From a virus, in IMG/VR virus record IMGVR_UViG_3300045988_141072, positions 32,001 through 96,000 of that record: a DNA stretch of 64,000 bases, one strand, 5' to 3'. How positions within the stretch are numbered: position 1 is the first letter of the stretch; each line of letters opens with the position of its first letter. The position numbers and the translations under genes were made by a program. The notes under the pieces are model-generated. The model was not told the origin of the DNA. It worked only from the letters and a program-made list of their open reading frames with translations, and made no database searches. This document shows positions 42,273-49,500 of this stretch, piece after piece.

Positions 42273-42710
42273 ATGTTATCAGATGAACAATTACAAAGAT
42301 TATCTGAAATCATAAGTTCAGCAGAATACAAAAATTATACAGCCAGCCAGATAAAGGAACAGACATATAAAAATCTAAAACAAAATAATATTCCAGATTT
42401 TGAAAATCCAATAGTAACAGAATTAAAAACTGCTAACAGTAAGATTGATGAATTATCAGAACAGTTGGATTATTCATATACACAACTTAAACAAGCAAAT
42501 GATAAAATTTCTTCTCAGAATTTATATATAAAAGAGTTGAAATCTGATTTAAAAGAAGAAACTGAGAAAAGAGTAATTGCCGAAAATAAGTTGGGTAGTA
42601 AAGATTGGAAAACTGCACTGATTTCGTTTGGGTTTGCTTTACTTGTTTTGATAATAGAACATTGGAAAGACATTTTAACTTTTATACTATCCCTAATACA
42701 CGCAAGATAG
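42273..42710 (+). CDS. coiled-coil protein with C-terminal membrane anchor
   Basis: AGGAGAA RBS. Heptad-rich middle region. C-terminal WKTALISFGFALLVLIIEHW. Confidence 0.5.
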   Translation: MLSDEQLQRLSEIISSAEYKNYTASQIKEQTYKNLKQNNIPDFENPIVTELKTANSKIDELSEQLDYSYTQLKQANDKISSQNLYIKELKSDLKEETEKRVIAENKLGSKDWKTALISFGFALLVLIIEHWKDILTFILSLIHAR

Positions 42711-42783
42711 TAATCCCAACACAATACCCTAAAATAGTTCCTATACCTTGGAAAAATATTTGTCGTTTTATTTCTTTAGACAT
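42682..42783 (-). CDS. 33-aa hydrophobic peptide, convergent with and overlapping the 3' end of 42273..42710
   Basis: AAAGGAG RBS. MSKEIKRQIFFQGIGTILGYCVGITILRVLGIV. Confidence 0.35.
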   Translation of the reverse strand: MSKEIKRQIFFQGIGTILGYCVGITILRVLGIV

Positions 42784-42819
42784 ATTGACTCCTTTCTTTG
42801 AAATAAATACTGTCATTCA

Positions 42820-42936
42820 ATGAACACTTCTAAAATTGGCACAGTAAGTCGTATGATTTCGACCACTATGTTCGGATTAGCAAGTAAGAAAATGGGTAAA
42901 CAATGGCACTGTAATAGCTGTAAGAGTGATTTTTAA
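42820..42936 (+). pseudogene. orphan copy of the C-terminal half zinc-ribbon module of 41120..41602
   Basis: MNTSKIGTVSRMISTTMFGLASKKMGKQWHCNSCKSDF parallels ...IQKISTTRRLVTTGLFGLASSNVGKTMLCKNCGYKW. It lacks the first CxxC and has no RBS. Confidence 0.4.
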
Positions 42937-42969
42937 AAATAGAATAATTCACTTAAACATATGTTCCGA

Positions 42970-43266
42970 CTAACAAAATCCATCAACATGATTTAATGCC
43001 ATTACAACATCGTTATCAACATGGTTCGTTTTATGACCACTAAAATAATCATCATATATTGCATATTCTAATTCATTACGTTGTTCCTTAAACTTATCAG
43101 TGAGAAGCGTAAGAATTTCTTCGACTTCAGAATATGTACATTTGTGATTTTTTAGCATTTGAGAAATTTCAACTGAGAGATACATTGTTTTTGAGATATA
43201 TTTATTATCCAATTTATCACATCCTTTCAATGGAGGTATACTAATGAAGCTTAATCCTGATTGCAT
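42970..43266 (-). CDS. hypothetical protein (start uncertain)
   Basis: ORF divergent from 43244..43684. Internal candidate starts exist. No motif recognised. Confidence 0.35.
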   Translation of the reverse strand: MQSGLSFISIPPLKGCDKLDNKYISKTMYLSVEISQMLKNHKCTYSEVEEILTLLTDKFKEQRNELEYAIYDDYFSGHKTNHVDNDVVMALNHVDGFC

Positions 43267-43684
43267 GAGAATTATACTTAAATACTGTGTAGAACATATT
43301 GATTATAAAGACATTGGTCTTAATCAGTGGCATGAAAATTCTGTTACACTTGCTATGCTATATAATAGTGATGAACTCAAAGAGTTTGAGAAGAAAGAAA
43401 TTATGTATTCTGTAATGAAACTTTATGAGTATAGGTTTATTACCGTATCTAAAATTCAGCCAACAAACGGACAACAATATTTTGACAGTTGTGAAATAAC
43501 AGACGTAACGGTTTATGGTCACGACTTTTATAATTCTATTCAAGAAGATACCATCTGGAATAAAACTAAAAATGTTGTTGGTCAAGTTGGAAATCACACA
43601 TTGAAGTTCATCGAAGATGCTGCTCAAAAAATTGCAATTGAGTCTGCGAAACAAGCTGTAACTATTACGATGATGCAAAAATAA
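43244..43684 (+). CDS. DUF2513/YjcQ-like protein
   Basis: GGAGG RBS. The N-terminus MKLNPDCMRIILKYCVEH is typical of DUF2513-type proteins as I recall them. Confidence 0.5.
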   Translation: MKLNPDCMRIILKYCVEHIDYKDIGLNQWHENSVTLAMLYNSDELKEFEKKEIMYSVMKLYEYRFITVSKIQPTNGQQYFDSCEITDVTVYGHDFYNSIQEDTIWNKTKNVVGQVGNHTLKFIEDAAQKIAIESAKQAVTITMMQK

Positions 43685-43706
43685 TATTTAGATCAAATAG
43701 AATAGA

Positions 43707-43735
43707 AGAGTAGTGAGAAATTACTACTCTTTTTT
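43707..43735 (+). terminator. rho-independent terminator after 43244..43684
   Basis: AGAGTAGT (43707-43714) pairs with ACTACTCT (43723-43730), followed by TTTTT. Confidence 0.6.
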
Positions 43736-43739
43736 AGAC

Positions 43740-43777
43740 AAAAAAGAGCAACTATAAACATATAGTTGCTCATAAAA
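43740..43777. terminator. strong bidirectional terminator (perfect 11-bp stem)
   Basis: GAGCAACTATA (43746-43756), loop AACA, TATAGTTGCTC (43761-43771). A-run upstream and A/T-rich downstream. Confidence 0.6.
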
Positions 43778-44021
43778 GAAATATCTTTTTATATAATTCA
43801 CTGGCTCAATGCCAAATAGCGTTAGGAAAATGGTAATCCTAACATATCAATTCACTGTCCTTATTGACTATTTAACTATGACACATTTATTCTTTTTCGT
43901 CAACAATGTTCTTTTTCAATTGTATTATATGCGATATGAGCCAAGTGTAATAGTTGTGGGCATACTTGATAGAAGAAGAACAATAGAAGAGGAGTAGACT
44001 ATATCGCCGCTCTTTGCTTTT

Positions 44022-44061
44022 ATGTAAAATAAAATGAGAGCAGGTCACACCTACTCTCATT
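44022..44061 (-). terminator. rho-independent terminator downstream of the second repeat pair
   Basis: On the - strand: AAUGAGAG, loop, CUCUCAUU, then UUAUUUUAC. Confidence 0.55.
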
Positions 44062-44089
44062 CTTTCTACTGATGATATTTATCTCCCTG

Positions 44090-44161
44090 CTTCGTGGTCA
44101 CACCTCTATCAGTTCGACTACCGTACCTCGTGGTCACACCTCTATTACGGTATTAATATCA
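44090..44161 (-). repeat. two tandem 36-nt repeats related to the ToxI-like array (orphan antitoxin-like RNA?)
   Basis: Units 44090-44125 and 44126-44161 share C(T/C)TCGTGGTCACACCTCTAT. A third partial GGTCACACCT lies at 44043 in the terminator loop. They share a CTTCGT...TCTATTA core with the 45627-45734 repeats. Confidence 0.45.
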
Positions 44162-44192
44162 TAATAAATATATTCTATGATGTCAATGTTTA

Positions 44193-44918
44193 TCATAAAA
44201 TATTTTTTATTCCCAATATCTCCTTATATTCTGTATCTACATTATAAATTTTAGCTCCTAGTATTTTTGCTAATTTATGAAAATCTTTTTTAACATTCGC
44301 ATTATATCTAAGCATTTGTGATGGAACTATATCTGCTATTTGCAAACCAATGCAATTATCACCTTTCACAGTAAAACCAATAGAAGATAAGTAGTTACTA
44401 ACTTCTTTTTCATCAAAATAAATAGAGCCATTTTGTAAATATCTATAAAAGACATCTAAGACATTTTTATTTTCATTAAAGCAACGTGACTCAACACAAA
44501 TTTGACCATAACCACCTTTATCTCTTAGATAATATGTAAACATATCTAATAAATGATAAAATCCAATATTATAATTATTACCGGCTTTCCCATATCGCAA
44601 TTTAGACATTTTATTATTATCAAAGTAAATACATAAAATATCAAGTTTTGCCTCTGATAGAAGTTTTGCGTAATCATCCCAAAACGGTTTTCTTATCTTT
44701 TCATCTTGTAGACAAGCAAAATCTTTTTTATTCTTTCGCATATCGGTATAGTGAAAAACAATATCGGTACGACCAAAATGTTTTTGCTTTAATTGGTTTA
44801 CAAGTTTTGTTAATTCCTTTTCGTAATATTCTCTCTCAACGACAATTCCAGCAAAACAAAAGTTTGAATAATGTTTATCTGGTTTAGTTTCGTCAACAAA
44901 GAGCAAATAATCAGCCAT
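44193..44918 (-). CDS. DUF3800-family protein
   Basis: GGAGAA RBS then ATG at 44918. The N-terminal LLFVDET acidic motif is typical of DUF3800. Confidence 0.6.
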   Translation of the reverse strand: MADYLLFVDETKPDKHYSNFCFAGIVVEREYYEKELTKLVNQLKQKHFGRTDIVFHYTDMRKNKKDFACLQDEKIRKPFWDDYAKLLSEAKLDILCIYFDNNKMSKLRYGKAGNNYNIGFYHLLDMFTYYLRDKGGYGQICVESRCFNENKNVLDVFYRYLQNGSIYFDEKEVSNYLSSIGFTVKGDNCIGLQIADIVPSQMLRYNANVKKDFHKLAKILGAKIYNVDTEYKEILGIKNIL

Positions 44919-45034
44919 AATATATTCTCCAATCATTAGTATTATAATTCCCCATTATATACCAATAATCGACAGAATACTATTCAGAACGTTTGTTTAT
45001 AGGTGAATAGAATAGAAGAGTAATGAGAAATTGT

Positions 45035-45067
45035 TGCATAATAAAAGACACCTTAGTTGGTGTCTTT
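45035..45067 (-). terminator. hairpin/terminator overlapping the toxN stop codon
   Basis: AAAGACACC (45044-45052) pairs with GGTGTCTTT (45059-45067). The stop codon lies in the loop. The downstream tract on the - strand is U-rich. Confidence 0.45.
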
Positions 45068-45589
45068 ATTGTTTTGGTACATCTTTGCTAATTGCTCCAT
45101 ACCTTTGAAATCAATGCAACGCTTGGAAATAGTATTTTCTGGTTTATCATATTTTAGACTATAAAGCTCCAAAGCCTTAGTACCTAAGTCTAATTTGTTG
45201 ATTGCCTTCAGCTCTGAATCTAACAGATTAATATATCTGCTTTTAGCTTCTTCTGACTCAAAAGACCTGTATGTATCTATTTTCTTTTTCTCAAATTTTT
45301 GTGTACATTCTTTTGGAATTGGAAACATATAATTCAAATTTACGACAGCAATTAGTCTTTTTGGATTTTTGAGATCAAACAGTTTATAGAAATCTTTCTG
45401 TTGTCCCATTTTTTGATGTCGCTTTTGTGGATGAGATACTTGTGTTATATAATATAAACCGTCTTTTTCAAAAAGAACTCCGAAGAATGGCTTATATTTG
45501 TCTGTCCCATAATCTGTTTTTGGTATTCTTTTTTCTACATTTCTCAAATAATCTAAATAATTTTCATTTACATGAATCCATTTCATCAT
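45053..45589 (-). CDS. toxN: type III toxin-antitoxin toxin, ToxN/AbiQ-family endoribonuclease
   Basis: MKWIHVNENYLDYLR..., PFFGVLFE, YYITQVSHPQKRH, VVNLNYMFPIP and C-terminal KRCIDFKGMEQL all parallel conserved ToxN/AbiQ blocks. AGGAGA RBS at 45598-45593. Start at 45589 or 45586. Confidence 0.85.
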   Translation of the reverse strand: MMKWIHVNENYLDYLRNVEKRIPKTDYGTDKYKPFFGVLFEKDGLYYITQVSHPQKRHQKMGQQKDFYKLFDLKNPKRLIAVVNLNYMFPIPKECTQKFEKKKIDTYRSFESEEAKSRYINLLDSELKAINKLDLGTKALELYSLKYDKPENTISKRCIDFKGMEQLAKMYQNNKDTN

Positions 45590-45600
45590 ATGTCTCCTAA

Positions 45601-45625
45601 ATAAAAGGAGCTGTAACACAGCCCC
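45601..45625 (-). terminator. attenuating terminator between antitoxin repeats and toxin
   Basis: On the - strand: GGGGCUGU, loop GUU, ACAGCUCC, then UUUUAU. This is the same position as in ToxIN/AbiQ loci. Confidence 0.65.
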
Positions 45626-45626
45626 T

Positions 45627-45734
45627 TATTAATACGATTTTTTACATGCTTCGTAACATCTATTAATACAGTATTTTTACATGCTCTGTAACATCTATTA
45701 ATACGATTTTACGGCTTCGTAACCGCTATTATAG
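45627..45734 (-). ncRNA. toxI: ToxI/antiQ-like antitoxin RNA: about 3 tandem repeats of 31-35 nt
   Basis: Repeats at 45627-45660, 45661-45695 and 45696-45726, plus a partial 4th. Each contains a hairpin with compensatory changes (AUGUU-ACGA-AGCAU versus CGGUU-ACGA-AGCCG) and an A-rich tract. Confidence 0.8.
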
Positions 45735-45770
45735 AAATCATTTCTGATTTCTTACTTATATTATACACAA
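45733..45770 (-). promoter_or_regulatory. candidate toxI-toxN promoter (-10 TATAAT at 45765-45760) and 5' leader hairpin
   Basis: GTGTATAAT on the - strand. 8-bp hairpin AGAAATCA/TGATTTCT at 45733-45752. Confidence 0.35.
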
Positions 45771-45889
45771 TTATGAGAAAAAATCTATGCTTTTTTTGAA
45801 AAACTTTTAAATTTTTTAAGTCAATAAAAGTCGAAAAAATACGATGAAAAATTGTATCGCATTTTTGCAAAGTATTATATAATTATTTA

Positions 45890-46509
45890 GGGGGGGAGAA
45901 CAAAAGTCCATAGATTTAATTCTGTGGGCTTTGTTTTTATGTGTGTTTCTTTCAAACTTACGGTACACACGAACCCTACTGTTGTCCTATTAACAATGTG
46001 CTATTTAATAAGGTGAGAGCAGTAACACTCTTTTACGCTTTTATATCTCAGTCACGAGAGTAGTACGATAACTACGTATGGAGTCCCTTTTACAAGCTAT
46101 CTTATGATAACTCAAAATCGTTTAGACTCTCTGAACACCTCCATTATAATATTCTCTATTATAATAGAATCCGTTGCTGATTGCCGATTTAGTTCATATA
46201 GAACCGATACTTAGGGTTGCCCCATATATCCGAATAACCTCCATTTCTAGATTTGACTTTTCTTGTTGTCACCAACATCCTTTCGGAATACATTCACGCT
46301 CGCCATTTCTAGCCACGTTGTAGTGTGTTATTTTATATATACGGTATATTTTATTTCTTCCCAGCACTGTGAGATAGCAACTCACAATTACGATTTATTT
46401 TAAAACATCTATAGGCTGACTAGACCTAATCTTCCCAACTCTTGATTGTTATCTTGAGTTAGGTGGGCATATTCAAAACAATAACAACGATTTGAAAAAT
46501 TACGCACTC
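45890..46509 (-). ncRNA. ~620-nt ORF-free structured RNA; putative group I-like ribozyme core at the 5' end of the intervening sequence
   Basis: No ORF on either strand. Many hairpins. P1-like hairpin at 46515-46500. GUUCAGAGAGUCUAAAC (46136-46120) resembles the group I R element. Candidate P3, P7 and P8 pairings (see findings). Confidence 0.5.
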
Positions 46510-49500
46510 ACGTAACATTTACCGATGTTTTTAAAACTAAGACCTGCTGCAATAGCAGCAAAAATATTTGGAATCAAACGCCCATCTTTTATTACAGTAT
46601 CAAGAGCGCTAATTAATTTTCCAGCATTATCAATAGCACCCTTTAAAAAGTCTGATGATAACGCATCATTTGCTAATTCTTCTAGTTTAGCTTTTGTAAC
46701 ATCAATAGAATACTGAATTGATTTCTGATAATTTTCTTGTTCTTTTTGTGCAGAACCGGCAGAGTTTTCGGCTGTTTTATATACATTTTCTAATTGATCA
46801 ATATTCTGCATAACAGAATATAAAACATTGGCATTTCGTTTTCCAGCCAAAGCCTCTCCAAGAGAAGACTGTTCTAAGTCTGTAAGATTATTCCACTCTT
46901 TTCCTATTCCAAGTAAAATATCGTATATTGACTTAAAAGTATTTTCATCTTCCATAATATCAAATCCAGTAAGGGATTTGATCAAATCTCGTAATTTTGA
47001 AGTTGTTTTGGTATATTCATCTGTTTCTTCGCCAAGATTTTGCAATTCTGTTTCTGCACCACGAATACGTGCAGAAAGTGTCTTAAATGTTGTACCGATA
47101 CTGTCTGGATCTTGCACTACAGCATTTGCAGTAGTAACTAAAGCTATACTTTCAGATAAACTCGTGTTTGCAGCATTAAACGAAGCAGCAGAACGTTTCA
47201 AAGCTTCGCCAATACCTTGTGTGTCTATTGCATAGTGGTTCGCAACCTCATTAAATTTGTCAATTATGCTTTCGGCTTTACTTGCATCTAACTGAAAACC
47301 TTGAAGTGTTGAAATAAGATTTTCACTTGCAGTTTCTGTAGACATATTGTCGCCGACATTAACATAAAGCTGTGTCGTTTTCGCTAATTTCTCTGCGTCT
47401 GGAATAGAATAACCAAGTCTAGCCCAATCTGCTTGCAATGATACAATGTTACTAATTGAAGAACCTAAATCTTTTGCATCGACTGTCGCCTGTTCAAGAG
47501 CATTATTTAAGTCCGACTCTGTTCCGTCAGACACCTTTCTTAATTCAGTGACACTTTTATTAATTTCATTAACTAAATTAAATCCTTGCTGTAGATATCT
47601 TATCCAATCTTGCCAACTCAAAAACTGAGCAACAAACTTGCTGTTCATATCAGTAAGACGACTACCAATTTGACTAAAGAAGTTTTTGCCCATATTACCA
47701 GTTGAAGCAACATCTGCCTTTAATCCAGAAAAAGATATTTTAATCTTTTCAATTTCTTGTGCAGTTACTTTACCAGCGTTTTTAAGTTCTTCTGCATAAT
47801 CAATAATACTATCTAAATTCTGCTTCTGAGATGAAGACATATTGGTGTTTTGCGATCTAAAAATCTTCATCTGTGATATAATATCAGCAATCTTAGAATC
47901 TTGTTTAACAAGTTTATTCTCTAACAATTTTGAATCGTCAACTATTTTTTGAACTTCACTATCAATCGCCTTTAAGCGGGCAACGTCTTCTGGTTTTGTG
48001 ATATTAAGCCGCTCAATTTCTTTCATTTTTGAGCTAACTCGCTCAATAAATTCAGGAGTATATTTAGAAGCATTAGTGTATGTAGATAATTTTTGTACTT
48101 CATCATTTTGAATTTTTAAAAGACTATTATCGACTTTTTGTGCATTTTTTTGCTGAATCTCCGAAATAGTTTTATCTATTTTATCCAACTTATCCTGTGC
48201 ATTAGATAATTGTTTAGACGATAATATGGTGGCAGAACCATCTGCTTTTCCCATAATTTCATTTATTGTTTTCAATAATTCTTGGGAATCTTTTTTATCG
48301 TTATTAAATGCCTTGTCATTTGCCATTCGTTTTCTTATAGAAGCATATTCATCTATGGCAATATTTAACTCTTTGAATTTTTGAATTTGCTTGTCCGTTT
48401 TAGGTATTTTTATTTCATCTTTTCCAAAGTTTGTCAACTCATTATCAAGATTATTAATCCCCTTAGTAATAGTTCGAAATCTTTGAGAAAACATATTTCC
48501 ATCTGCGTCAATTCTTGCAGAAAATGTTTTCCAAGTTCCATCAGCGTCTTTTATTTTTGCACTTACCTTTACAAGACCATCAACAAGTTCAGTGTTTACT
48601 GTTTCTCCAAGAATTGTATATCCAGAATTTAATAACTTCTCATTAACTCTATTAGGAGAGTAATTTAAGAAATCTTCTTCTGATATTTTTTTTCTTTTTG
48701 TATATCTATCCTTTTTAGGTGGAGTAGGTGGAGTTGTATTTCCCGATGAAATATTCGATTCTTCTGATGGAAGAGTAGTATCATCTTTTGGTATTTTTAA
48801 TTTAGGAATATTTTCTATCTTTTCTACCAATGGATTTAAAGCATCAATAATTTTCTGAATAGATTTGACTTCAGCCCTTGCAGCTAATTCCATCGTATTA
48901 GCTTCTATCTTAATTGCTTCAGTTTTTATATTAATAGTAGAAGTTAAAGTATTAACAGAATCTTCTACTTTATTAAACCCTTTTGCTTCATTCGTGACAG
49001 AAGTTCCATCTTTTTTTGAATTCATCTGTTCATAGACTTTGTTCATTTTTTTAATGGTTTCTGTGTTGTCTGTTAAATCAAAAGGTGTTTTCATACCGCC
49101 AGCGTTTACATACTTTTGGTACATTTCAACTAATTCTTGAATATCTTTCTTCTGCTTAGATAAATTGATTTTACCAGATTCATCAGCAATGGATTTGAAT
49201 TTAGATTCAATAGAAGACCACTGTTTATCTACATCGCTAATAGAAGCGTCTTTGAACATTTTCCAAAATGTATTACCAATATCTCTTGTCAAATTTATCA
49301 TACGGTCAAGTCGAGAAATAACATCATCAAGAGTAGAAGATACTGATTCCAATTCATTGTCTGCTTTGTCTACAGAAGATGTATCTACTTTCTGGGAATT
49401 TAACTCTTTAACTTTTAAAAGAATAGTATCTATGATATTCTTGCTATCTTCAAGTTTCCCAACCCTTCCAATAGAAGACAACTCATTAGTGCCGCCCATA

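Larger units (their letters stand above)
41039..46509 (-). mobile_element. 5,471-nt intervening sequence splitting the tape measure gene: putative group I-like intron carrying a ~4.8-kb multigene cargo
   Basis: See findings. The boundaries come from a splice model (U.G pair in a P1-like hairpin at 46510; G at 41039) that restores the frame. Boundaries are a model, not a measurement. Confidence 0.5.

Noticed and set aside
43809-43997. 62-aa + strand ORF in the gap between terminators.
   Set aside because: No RBS, a Phe/Leu/Ile-rich translation typical of random AT-rich sequence, and it lies between terminator hairpins.
45627-45734. CRISPR array.
   Set aside because: The repeats are directly tandem with no spacers, there are only about 3 copies, and they sit in the canonical antitoxin position upstream of a ToxN/AbiQ-like gene.
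41039-46509. Group II intron interpretation: the - strand reads GUGAGUGCG right after the last TMP-like codon, and an alternative UAC|GUGAG ... AUAU|AGU junction would also be in frame.
   Set aside because: The last ~100 nt before the downstream piece contain no domain V-like 34-nt hairpin or domain VI. That space is occupied by a + strand promoter region. There is no reverse-transcriptase/maturase ORF anywhere in the insert, and I could not find EBS1/EBS2 complements to the exon end.
45890-46509. Stand-alone large ornate ncRNA (ROOL/GOLLD-type), as often found in Firmicute prophages.
   Set aside because: I cannot exclude this without covariance-model searches. It would not explain why a tape measure ORF ends exactly at its edge and resumes in frame 5.4 kb downstream. 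It is kept as an alternative in the check list rather than called.
41035-46514. DNA transposon-like insertion with TACG target-site duplication (TACG occurs at both junctions).
   Set aside because: Precise excision leaving one TACG gives ...TGT TAC GAT ATT CAA AAC ATT TGA, which is a frameshift with an immediate stop. No transposase or recombinase is encoded in the insert.
46500-46515. The hairpin TTACG-TGAGTG-CGTAA followed by TTTTT, read as a simple terminator ending a genuinely short TMP.
   Set aside because: The stem is only 5-6 bp and AT-rich. A simple gene end would also leave the 96 start-less open codons upstream of 40755 unexplained.
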